Positions 1-7,909 of a stretch of DNA of 39,983 nt are shown here, in pieces. Every line of letters starts with the position of its first letter. Position 1 is the stretch's first letter. A program made the translations under genes and the position numbers. This DNA is from an uncultured bacterium (GTDB lineage Bacteria > CAYJRR01), in assembly GCA_964372275.1 (NCBI GenBank), contig CAYJRR010000026.1, positions 1-39,983 of the forward strand, written 5' to 3'. The notes beneath the pieces are model-generated. The model searched no databases. It worked only from the letters and a program-made list of their open reading frames with translations, and was not told the DNA's origin.

Positions 1-1938
1 GGCGAGCGACTCGGCGATCTCCACGCGCGGATCGTCTCCGGCGGGGGCCGGCAAGCGCCGGAGATCCGCGATCACCGCCCGCGCGTCGGCGGTCCGGTCG
101 GCGGAGGCGAGCGCCTCGGCGTAGGCCAGCCCGATCTCCAGGTCGTCGGGCCGCTCGCGGTGGAGCGCGCGCCACTCCTCGGCGGCGCGCTCGTAGTCTC
201 CGGCGATCTCGTGCCGCAACACCTCGATCCGCCGCCGCTCCTCGGACGAAAGGTGAACCCCGAGCTCCGCGGCGCGCCGCGCCTCCTCCCGCGCCGCCTG
301 CGGTTGGTCGAGTTGGTGGAGCGCGCGCGCCAGCGCCTCGCGCGCGAGCGGAAAGGCCGGATCGGCGGTGGCCGCGGCGGACAGCCTCTCCCGGGCGGTC
401 ACCAGTTCGCCGGCGCGCAGCGCGTCGAGCCCTTCGGCGTAGGCCTTCGCCGCCTCGGCAGACGCGGGGACGGCCGCGCGCGCGGAACGCGCCTCGTCAC
501 GCGTCGCGACCCCCAGCTTCAGCGACCGTCGGATCGCCGACGAGGCGCGGGTCGCGAGCGCATCGACCCCGCCGGCGCTGCCGCTTTCGGAGACGGCGGT
601 CAGCTCTCGCCCGGTCGCGCCCTCCTCCAGCCAGAGATCGAGACGGAGCTTTCCGTCCTCCGCCGCCAGGAAGGTCCCGTGCGCGACCAGGTCGACCGCC
701 AGGTGCTTCCGAGCAGCCTCGATCTGGGTGCGCTCGAGAGAGGCCACCGCCGCGATCCCGAGCTCTCGCCACGCCTCGGCGACCCGCGCCGGCGGAGTCG
801 TCCGCAACCCTCCACCCGCCGCCAGATCGGCGCGCATCATCTCGGTCAACGCCGTTCCGATCCAATCCGCCGCCGGGTCGCCCGACAGGTTGCGGAATCC
901 GAGCACCGCGATCGTCCGCGGCCCGCGCGCGGTCCGCCGGCGCACCGCGTACCCGGCCGACGCGAACGCCGCCAGCGCCAGGACCGCCACCGTGGCGCGA
1001 AGGCGGCGGCTCCGCCGCGCGCGCCGCGCCTTCGCCGACGGGGCCACCGCCTCGCCCCCCAGCGACCGAACGACGTCTCCCGCGCTCTCGTAACGGTCGC
1101 CCGGATTGCGTTCCAGGCAACGCAGGATCGTCTCCTCCCAGCGGGGATCGAGATCCGGCACCAACGAACGTGGTGGTGGCGGCGGCGACTTCAGGCGCAT
1201 CACCGCGGTCGCGAGCGACGTCTCCCCCAGGTAGGGGAGGCTGCCGGTCACCATGTGATAGATCACCGCCCCCAGTGCGTAGAGATCGGCGGCTCGCCCG
1301 ACCTCTCCCCCTTCGACCTGCTCCGGCGCCATGAACGCCGGCGTCCCCACCATCTCACCGGTCGCCGTCAGCGTGGCGTCGTCCTCGCCGGCCACGGCCC
1401 GGGCGAGCCCGAAGTCGGTCACGACCGCCCGCCGCGCGCACAGCAGGACGTTCCCGCTCTTGAAGTCCCGGTGGACGACCCCCGCGGCGTGTGCCGCGTC
1501 GAGCGCCGCCGCCATCTGTTCCACGATCGGGAACGCCTCGCCGGCCGTCATCCGTCCGGTTCGCTTCAGATGCGCCGCGAGCGATTCGCCCGGCAGGAGC
1601 TCCATGGTGAGGTAGGGGATCCCCCCCGTTCCGTCGGCCGCGGCGCCGTGCGCCCCCACGTCGAACAGCCGGCAGACGTTCCCGTGCGTGACCCGCCGCG
1701 CCAGCACCATCTCCCGCCGGAATCGCTCCGCCGCCTTCGACGTCCGGTTCGCGTCGGCGCGCAACGTCTTGAGCGCCACCCGCCCGCCGAGCGAAAGGTC
1801 CTCGACTTCGTAGACCTCCCCCATCCCGCCGGCGGCCACGAATCGCTCCACACGATACCGGCCGTCGACCACCTCCCCGTCGCTGAACGCGCGATGCGCG
1901 GGCGCGCGCGGGGGATCGTTCGACTCGGGGGGGGCCAT
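1..1938 (-). CDS. Hanks-type Ser/Thr protein kinase with TM segment, TolB-like/adenylate-cyclase-associated domain and TPR region (3' end runs off the window)
   Basis: Missing from the ORF track because it has no stop inside the window. Manual minus-strand translation from ATG 1938 gives MAPPES..GRYRVERFVAAGGMGEVY..VALK..ERFRRE..HRDFKSGNVLL..VTDFGLA..GTPAFMAPEQ..DLYALG, then a TM (VAVLALAAFASAGYAV), IAVLGFRNLSG..WIGTALTEM and Ala-rich TPR-like helices. The frame stays open to position 1. Confidence 0.93.
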   Translation of the reverse strand, partial: MAPPESNDPPRAPAHRAFSDGEVVDGRYRVERFVAAGGMGEVYEVEDLSLGGRVALKTLRADANRTSKAAERFRREMVLARRVTHGNVCRLFDVGAHGAAADGTGGIPYLTMELLPGESLAAHLKRTGRMTAGEAFPIVEQMAAALDAAHAAGVVHRDFKSGNVLLCARRAVVTDFGLARAVAGEDDATLTATGEMVGTPAFMAPEQVEGGEVGRAADLYALGAVIYHMVTGSLPYLGETSLATAVMRLKSPPPPPRSLVPDLDPRWEETILRCLERNPGDRYESAGDVVRSLGGEAVAPSAKARRARRSRRLRATVAVLALAAFASAGYAVRRRTARGPRTIAVLGFRNLSGDPAADWIGTALTEMMRADLAAGGGLRTTPPARVAEAWRELGIAAVASLERTQIEAARKHLAVDLVAHGTFLAAEDGKLRLDLWLEEGATGRELTAVSESGSAGGVDALATRASSAIRRSLKLGVATRDEARSARAAVPASAEAAKAYAEGLDALRAGELVTARERLSAAATADPAFPLAREALARALHQLDQPQAAREEARRAAELGVHLSSEERRRIEVLRHEIAGDYERAAEEWRALHRERPDDLEIGLAYAEALASADRTADARAVIADLRRLPAPAGDDPRVEIAESLA

Positions 1939-1991
1939 CCGGGCGAAGTCTATCCGAGGCCTCGAACGGCCCGTGCTAGAACTCCGCCCGC

Positions 1992-2717
1992 ATGCGCCGC
2001 CGAACGGCGATCCCGTTGCCTGTTCTTCTCGAACGCCTCGAGCGCGCCTGGCCCGACGCGCACTGCGAGCTTACGCACCGGAATCCGTTCGAGCTCCTGA
2101 TCGCCACGATCCTTTCGGCGCAGTGCACCGACGTCCGGGTGAACCTGACCACGCCGGCGCTGTTCACCCGGTTCCCCACGCCGGCGGCGATGGCCAAGGC
2201 GCGCCCGGCGGAGCTCGAGTCGTTGATCCGTTCGACCGGCTTCTACCGCAACAAGGCGAAGTCGATCCTCGGGGCGTCGAAGCGGATCGTCGAGGCGTAC
2301 GGCGGAAACGTTCCGGACTCGATGGACGACCTGCTCACGCTCCCGGGGGTCGCGCGCAAGACGGCGAGCGTGGTGCTCGGCAACGCCTTCGGCAAGAACG
2401 AAGGGATCGCCGTCGACACCCACGTCACACGGCTGACCCAGCGGTGGGGGCTCACCCGCGAGTCCGACCCGACCAAGATCGAACGCGAACTGATGGCGGC
2501 GCTCCCGCGTGAACAATGGACGGCGTTCAGCCACCGCACCATCTTCCACGGCCGCCGCACCTGCGCCGCGCGCAATCCGCGCTGCGGCGACTGCCTGCTC
2601 GCCGACCTCTGCCCCAGCGCGGAGCCGGCGAGCGCGCCCGCTACGCCGGAGGGGCGGCGGCGGTCGGTCGCCACAGCTCGGTCACGACCTCGCGCGCGTC
2701 GATCGACCCGCCGTTGA
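1992..2717 (+). CDS. nth: Endonuclease III (HhH-GPD DNA glycosylase/AP lyase, 4Fe-4S)
   Basis: PFELLIATILSAQCTD, GFYRNKAK, HhH motif LPGVARKTA, IAVDTHV, and Fe-S motif C-x6-C-x2-C-x5-C (CAARNPRCGDCLLADLC). Confidence 0.97.
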   Translation: MRRRTAIPLPVLLERLERAWPDAHCELTHRNPFELLIATILSAQCTDVRVNLTTPALFTRFPTPAAMAKARPAELESLIRSTGFYRNKAKSILGASKRIVEAYGGNVPDSMDDLLTLPGVARKTASVVLGNAFGKNEGIAVDTHVTRLTQRWGLTRESDPTKIERELMAALPREQWTAFSHRTIFHGRRTCAARNPRCGDCLLADLCPSAEPASAPATPEGRRRSVATARSRPRARRSTRR

Positions 2718-3396
2718 TCTCCTCGTAGGGGCGATGGGCGATCCGCAGGAACGCCTCGGCGATCGTCTCGACGGGCGGAAGGGTGTCGGGGTCCTCGTCG
2801 GGGTAGGCGGCGGCGCGCATCGCGGTGCGCGTGGCGCCGGGGTTCACCGCCACGGCGGCCAGGCCGTAGGGCCGGACCTCTTCGGCCAGCACCTGGGTCA
2901 GCCCCTCGACGGCGAACTTCGAGACCGAGTAGGGCCCCCACGTCGCGCGCCCGCGGCGGCCGACGCCGGAGGTGACGTTCACGATCAGACCCTCCCCTTG
3001 GCTGATCATCGTCGGCAGGAAGGCGCGGGTGACGAGGAACGGCCCGGTGGCGTTCGTCTTGATCACGTCGTTCCAGGCGCCGGGGGTCACCTCGAGCAGC
3101 GGCGCCTTGGGACCCAGGATCCCGGCGTTGTTGACGAGGATGTCGACGCGTCCGAGCTCGCTCGTCGCCATCAGCGCCAGCGCCCGCGCTCCGTCCGGCT
3201 CGCCGACGTCGAGCGTCGTCCACCCGGCTCGACCCCCCTCGGCCAGGATCGACTCGGCGACCTGCCGCACCTCGTCATCGGTCCGCGCGCAGAGAAAGAC
3301 GCGCGCGCCGTCCTTGGAGAAGGCGCGCGCCATCGCGGCGCCGATCCCGCGCCCGGCCCCGGTGATGACGACACCTTTGTCGGTGAACCGTCTCAA
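2641..3396 (-). CDS. Short-chain dehydrogenase/reductase (YciK-like)
   Basis: TGAGRGIG Rossmann motif, NNAG, catalytic YSVSK, NPGATRTAMRAAAYP. TTG start 11 nt after the DAG-kinase stop. Confidence 0.92.
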   Translation of the reverse strand: MRRFTDKGVVITGAGRGIGAAMARAFSKDGARVFLCARTDDEVRQVAESILAEGGRAGWTTLDVGEPDGARALALMATSELGRVDILVNNAGILGPKAPLLEVTPGAWNDVIKTNATGPFLVTRAFLPTMISQGEGLIVNVTSGVGRRGRATWGPYSVSKFAVEGLTQVLAEEVRPYGLAAVAVNPGATRTAMRAAAYPDEDPDTLPPVETIAEAFLRIAHRPYEEINGGSIDAREVVTELWRPTAAAPPA

Positions 3397-3407
3397 CGGC
3401 GCCGACG

Positions 3408-4448
3408 CTACGCCGCTTTTTCCAAAAGGTCGAGGGCGCGGAACGGCTCCGGCGCGACGCCGAAGGTGATCTCCCGCCGGTAGCCGGCGGCGTCCCCGCC
3501 GACCTGGAACGGCATCGGCTCCGAGAAGCGGACCTGCACCGCCTCGACGAGGTAGTCCTCGATCGACGACGATTCGTAGCGTCCCTGCCAGATCGGGATC
3601 AGCCGGCGAACGGCCTCCCCCACCGGCGTCGTCGCGATCCGAAGCTGCATCATCCCGGGGACGATCCGGGCAAACGGGAACATCTTGAACCGGAACCCGT
3701 AGTAGGGGACGGTCCCCGCCGCCAGCATCTTGATCGGCCCCTGGTAGAGCACCTGACCGGGGGAGACCTGCCGCTCGAACAGGCCATGGGGGGTGGCCCG
3801 GTAGATCCGGCGGCCGGCGTTGATCACCCGCACCTCGGGGTCGGCCCGCCGAAGAAGTTGGTTGGGGACCGTCTTCCCGAACGCCGCAAGCAGGTACCCC
3901 GGAAGGCTCCCGACCACCTTCTTCAGGATCGCCGGCCGCGCCCGGTCTTTGAAAAACATGAAGTCGTTCAGGATCTGGGCGTCGTATCCGAACCCGACGA
4001 ACGGGGCCTGCACCCCTTCGCAGTCGATCAGGTCGAGGTCGGTGGTGGCGTGGCTCTCGGCCAGCGCCATCCGCAGGAGGTCTTCGGCCGGCCGGGTGCT
4101 CCCGAGGACGTCGGCAACGGCGTTCCCCGTCCCGAGCTTCAGCACGCCGAGCTCCGGCAGCGGCAACGCCGCGCTCGGATTCTGCCGGCGCATCGCATGG
4201 ATTTGATTACGGATCGTGGTGGCGACCTGCACCACCGTGCCGTCCCCGCCGCCGGCGACGATCCGCCGGAATCCGCGGCGGAGGGCCTCCTGGATCGCGT
4301 CCTCCGCCTCCTCGCGGGTGCGCGTGGAGATGACGGAAGCGCCCGGCACCGCCTCCTTCAGGCGGCGGGCGGTGGAACGACGGACCCCGCGTGCGTGCTC
4401 GTTGAGAAGAACGGTCAATCCTGCGCCTGGTGCGAAGGTGGCTCCCAT
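3408..4448 (-). CDS. Diacylglycerol/lipid kinase family protein
   Basis: AGGGDGT, LKLGTGNA, GFGYDA and C-terminal FQVGGD motifs of the DAGK catalytic/accessory domains. AAGGAG lies upstream of the ATG. Confidence 0.88.
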   Translation of the reverse strand: MGATFAPGAGLTVLLNEHARGVRRSTARRLKEAVPGASVISTRTREEAEDAIQEALRRGFRRIVAGGGDGTVVQVATTIRNQIHAMRRQNPSAALPLPELGVLKLGTGNAVADVLGSTRPAEDLLRMALAESHATTDLDLIDCEGVQAPFVGFGYDAQILNDFMFFKDRARPAILKKVVGSLPGYLLAAFGKTVPNQLLRRADPEVRVINAGRRIYRATPHGLFERQVSPGQVLYQGPIKMLAAGTVPYYGFRFKMFPFARIVPGMMQLRIATTPVGEAVRRLIPIWQGRYESSSIEDYLVEAVQVRFSEPMPFQVGGDAAGYRREITFGVAPEPFRALDLLEKAA

Positions 4449-4667
4449 ACGGTCGCGACGCTCCTTGTGAAGGGGTCCTCATCCTCCTGGGGGCCGGCCG
4501 CGTGCCCGGGGTCGACCGCCACGATGGGCAGACCCTACCCCGCCCCGGCGATCCGACCCAAACAGAAATCTTGTGGAGGCGGTCCGATAGCGTAAAAACG
4601 ACACGAATCGATGCGGTGGCGCCACACGTCGTGGCGAAGACGCGACAGCCCGTGGTAATCAGGCGGC

Positions 4668-5231
4668 GTGAAGATCTACACCCGCACCGGCGATCAGGGA
4701 GAGACCGGACTCTACGGGGGGGGACGAGTCCCGAAGGACGATCCCCGGGTCGACGCGTATGGCGAGCTGGACGAGGCGAACGCCGCCCTCGGCGCCGCCC
4801 GGGCCGCTTCGCTCGAACCCGACCTCGACGCCCTCGCCGCCGAGTTCCAACATGCCCTGTTCGACCTGGGGGCCGAGCTGGCGACCCCCCCGGGGGCCAA
4901 TCCGAAGGCCGCCGCCCGGGTTCCGCGGGTCGACGCCGAGGCGGTCGCCACGCTGGAGCGGGAGATCGATCGGTTGACGGCCGAGCTCCCGGCGCAGACC
5001 CACTTCATCCTTCCGGGTGGCCACCCGTCCGGGGCCGCCCTCCACCTGGCCCGCACCGTCCTGCGCCGGGCCGAGCGGAGAGTCGTCCAGCTCCACCGCG
5101 CCCAGCCCATCCGGCCGGAGATGCTCCAATACGTGAACCGCCTGTCCGACCTGCTGTTCGTGATGGCCCGGGCGGTCAACCACCGGCGGGGCGCCCCCGA
5201 GATCCGGTGGGAATCGGAGAAGCGGCGCTAG
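4668..5231 (+). CDS. pduO: ATP:cob(I)alamin adenosyltransferase, PduO type
   Basis: KIYTRTGDQGET, AYGELDEAN, QHALFDLGAELA, FILPGG, ARTVLRRAER, YVNRLSDLLFVMAR. GTG start. Confidence 0.95.
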   Translation: MKIYTRTGDQGETGLYGGGRVPKDDPRVDAYGELDEANAALGAARAASLEPDLDALAAEFQHALFDLGAELATPPGANPKAAARVPRVDAEAVATLEREIDRLTAELPAQTHFILPGGHPSGAALHLARTVLRRAERRVVQLHRAQPIRPEMLQYVNRLSDLLFVMARAVNHRRGAPEIRWESEKRR

Positions 5232-5241
5232 AGTATCGCGC

Positions 5242-5622
5242 ATGCCCGCGCATTCGCGCTCGGCCGGACCCGGACCCCAGGCGTTCATCCGCGTTGCGTC
5301 GCGCGCCGACGTGGCGACGGTTGGCGGCGCGCTCAAGGTGACGGTGAACGGCAAAGGGGTCGCCCTGTTCGACGCCGGCGGTGAGATCCATGCCGTCGAG
5401 AACGCCTGTCCGCACCGTGGGGCGCCGCTGGCGAACGGCCGGGTTCAGCCGATGACCGACGGCCTGTTCGTCATCTGCCCCGACCATGCCTGGCGCTTTC
5501 GCCTGACCGACGGCGTCTGCCCGGAGGCCGGACCGGAGTGCCGGCTGATGGTCTGGGACGTGCGCCTCGAGGGCGAGGAGATCCACCTCTCGCGCCTACC
5601 GCGCTTGATGGAGGATCCGTGA
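5242..5622 (+). CDS. Rieske [2Fe-2S] ferredoxin (NirD/dioxygenase-ferredoxin-like)
   Basis: Rieske boxes C-P-H (NACPHRGAPL) and C-x2-H (ICPDHAWRF). Confidence 0.88.
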   Translation: MPAHSRSAGPGPQAFIRVASRADVATVGGALKVTVNGKGVALFDAGGEIHAVENACPHRGAPLANGRVQPMTDGLFVICPDHAWRFRLTDGVCPEAGPECRLMVWDVRLEGEEIHLSRLPRLMEDP

Positions 5623-6566
5623 GCCGCCGCCGCGCGGACCGCGTGGCGCGGCGCGCGCCCCCCCGGCCCCGCGTCCGTCCCTGGAAACGGATCGCGTCGG
5701 AGCCGGTCGCCGACTACCGCATCTTTCGCGTGCGCCGGGATCGCTCCGTCTCCCCCCGGACCGGGCGCGCGCACGACTTCACCGTTCTCACCGGGGTCGA
5801 CTGGGTGAACGTCCTGCCCCTGACCCCCGACGGGAATGTCGTCTTCATCGAACAGTTCCGCCACGGGGTGCGGCGGACGACGCTCGAGCTCCCCGGAGGG
5901 ATGGTCGATCCCGGCGAGCGTCCGACGACGGCCGCCCGGCGGGAGCTTCGCGAGGAGACGGGCTACGCGGGCGGCCGACCCGTCGCGCTCGGCTGGGTCT
6001 TTCCCAACCCCGCCGTCCAGAACAACCGCTGCCACACCTTCCTGGTCCGCGGCGCGCGACGAGTCGCCCCGCCGTCGGTCGACGCCGCCGAGGACATCTC
6101 GACGCGGGAGATCCCGCTGGCCGACGTGCCGCGCCTGATCGCGAAGGGGCGCGTCCGGCACGCCCTGATCGTCGCGGCCTTCCACTGGCTGTGGCTCCGC
6201 GAGCGCACGCACGCGAGCGGACCGATCCGGGCCGTGCTCGCGATCGCCCTCCTTCTCGCGGCGGCGACGCCGGACGGCGCCCGCGCCGAGGCGATCGAGG
6301 ATCGAATCGCCCCGGCGTGGCTGTTGGCGCCGGTGGCAACGGCCCCCGACGCCCCGTTCGCGCGGTCCGACGCGCCGGTCCCCGACGACCGGCTGATCGT
6401 CGCCGGCTACGCCTGTTTCGACCTCGTTCCGGCGATCCTGGTGATCGGCGCGGCGGTGACCCTCGCCGGCTACGTGGGATACCAGGCGGTGAACGGCGCG
6501 GCGCCGGCCACGGGGGATTCGCTCGGAGCGCCCCCCGCGGCGGGGCCGATCCACGTTCGGTTCTAG
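5619..6566 (+). CDS. NUDIX hydrolase (ADP-ribose pyrophosphatase-like) with a hydrophobic C-terminal extension
   Basis: Nudix box GGMVDPGE-x5-ARRELREETG, EQFRHG, FPNP. Likely GTG start at 5619 overlapping the Rieske TGA (GTGA), rather than the track's 5538. Confidence 0.88.
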   Translation: MSRRRADRVARRAPPRPRVRPWKRIASEPVADYRIFRVRRDRSVSPRTGRAHDFTVLTGVDWVNVLPLTPDGNVVFIEQFRHGVRRTTLELPGGMVDPGERPTTAARRELREETGYAGGRPVALGWVFPNPAVQNNRCHTFLVRGARRVAPPSVDAAEDISTREIPLADVPRLIAKGRVRHALIVAAFHWLWLRERTHASGPIRAVLAIALLLAAATPDGARAEAIEDRIAPAWLLAPVATAPDAPFARSDAPVPDDRLIVAGYACFDLVPAILVIGAAVTLAGYVGYQAVNGAAPATGDSLGAPPAAGPIHVRF

Positions 6567-7072
6567 TATCCCTGCGATACGCGAACGCGGCGCCAGCCGG
6601 TGTCGGTCCAGACGGTTCGCTCGACGAGCGGACCGCCGTAGCCGTCGGCGTAGCCGGAGCTGCATCCGTAGCCGTATCGGTACCCGTAGCCGTATCCGGA
6701 GCCGGAGCCGTAGAGGTAGCGGCGGGCGTGGTAGGCGCCGTGGCGGCGGGCACGGGAGAGGTGCTCGCGGGTGTGGCGGAGCGACTCGCGCGCGTGGGTC
6801 ACGCCGTGATCGACGTCGTCCGCCAGGTGGTAGAAGTCGTGCGCCAGGCCGCCCTCCCCGTACCAGTAATGGAAGGCGTCGTGATTCGCTTCCCGCTGGA
6901 GATGGTCGACGTCGTGACGGAACTCCCCCTCGGCGTGCTCCTCGGCGTGGCGGTAGGCCTCCTCCTCGTGGTAGAGGCGGTGATCCCGATCGCCGGCGGA
7001 GGCGGCGGGTGCGGCGAGCAGGACGGCGGAGACGGCGCAGGTGGCGGCGAGTCGCGGGACGGGACGGTTCAT
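6563..7072 (-). CDS. Secreted His-rich protein with HxxxH hendecad repeats and a Gly/Tyr-rich tail
   Basis: ATG at 7072 preceded by GAGAGG. Sec-type signal MNRPVPRLAATCAVSAVLLAAPAASA, high GC3 codon usage and strict His periodicity. This is the C-terminal 169 aa of track ORF 6563..7618. Confidence 0.8.
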   Translation of the reverse strand: MNRPVPRLAATCAVSAVLLAAPAASAGDRDHRLYHEEEAYRHAEEHAEGEFRHDVDHLQREANHDAFHYWYGEGGLAHDFYHLADDVDHGVTHARESLRHTREHLSRARRHGAYHARRYLYGSGSGYGYGYRYGYGCSSGYADGYGGPLVERTVWTDTGWRRVRVSQGY

Positions 7073-7162
7073 GGCGTGCCTCTCGGGGTTGGTCGGTGGT
7101 CGGACGGGTCGTCCTGCGTACGTCGACGCCCGGCGGTCGGCGGCTATTCGAGGGAGGATGGC

Positions 7163-7825
7163 GTGAGCGCGTCGGACCGGGGGACGCCCCCCTTCCCGCC
7201 GGATCCCCCCGGAGACCCGCTGGCGCGACTGGCGGCGAGGCTCGAACGCCGCGTGCGAGAGATCGGGGCGCTGCGGTCGATGTCGGCGCACGTGACGATC
7301 TGCCTGGACGGACCGGCGCAGCTCCGACTCTTCAGCCGGTTCGACGCGCAGGCGGCGCGCGAGGGGTTGACGATCGACGAGCTCGACGTCGACTCGGACG
7401 CCGACCGGGCGCGGATCCGCGACTGGAGCCGCGACCGCGCCCGGGAGCGAGGCCTTCCGGAACCCGACTGGAACGAGTCGAACGGGTTCCGGCGCACGAT
7501 CGTCGACGAGCCCGATCCGGTCCCGCTCCTCTCCGGACGGCTCGAATGCGTGCGGCGCCGGTTTCCGGACCGGCGCATCGTCGAGCTGTCCGTCCTCTCC
7601 GAGCGCATCGACCGCCACGGTGTCGAATCGCGCGTGCTGTCGGTCGTGGTGGAGGGCCCCACGCTCGCCCCTGCCGCCACGACCCCGGTCGTCCTCGCAT
7701 CGTCAGGAGGGGATCCCACCCGACTCCGCCGGGAGGAGGCGTTCTGGGACGCGGCCGACCGCTGGGCGGAGGGCGAGGCCCGCCGGCTCGGCGCAACCTT
7801 CACCCGCGCCCAGGGCGGTGACTAG
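7163..7825 (+). CDS. Hypothetical protein (220 aa)
   Basis: GGAGG followed by GTG at 7163. Globular-looking composition (..AHVTICLDGPAQLRLF..VLSVVVEG..FWDAADRWA..). This is the C-terminal part of track ORF 6191..7825. Confidence 0.65.
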   Translation: MSASDRGTPPFPPDPPGDPLARLAARLERRVREIGALRSMSAHVTICLDGPAQLRLFSRFDAQAAREGLTIDELDVDSDADRARIRDWSRDRARERGLPEPDWNESNGFRRTIVDEPDPVPLLSGRLECVRRRFPDRRIVELSVLSERIDRHGVESRVLSVVVEGPTLAPAATTPVVLASSGGDPTRLRREEAFWDAADRWAEGEARRLGATFTRAQGGD

Positions 7826-7859
7826 GGGGTTCGGCAGGGGGTTCGGGGGACTCCCCCGA
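7824..7859. repeat. REP-like extragenic palindrome
   Basis: AGGGGGTTCGG occurs twice (7824-7834, 7836-7846), then the hairpin TCGGGGG-ACT-CCCCCGA (7843-7859), between convergent genes. Same motif as 28317-28340 in the opposite orientation. Confidence 0.6.
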
Positions 7860-7909
7860 CAAGCGCGGACGCGCGGAACGATCTCCCCCGGGGAGCGCGA
7901 ACGCGCGGA

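Noticed and set aside
160-2100. 646-aa plus-strand ORF
   Set aside because: Antisense to the Ser/Thr kinase, which the track missed because it lacks a stop in the window.
4449-4667. Cobalamin riboswitch upstream of the adenosyltransferase
   Set aside because: No recognisable B12-box or conserved core elements. The region reads as a divergent promoter interval.
6191-7825. 544-aa ORF as a single gene
   Set aside because: Its N-terminal part overlaps the NUDIX gene and is antisense to the His-rich gene. Only the part from GTG 7163 (with RBS) looks coding.
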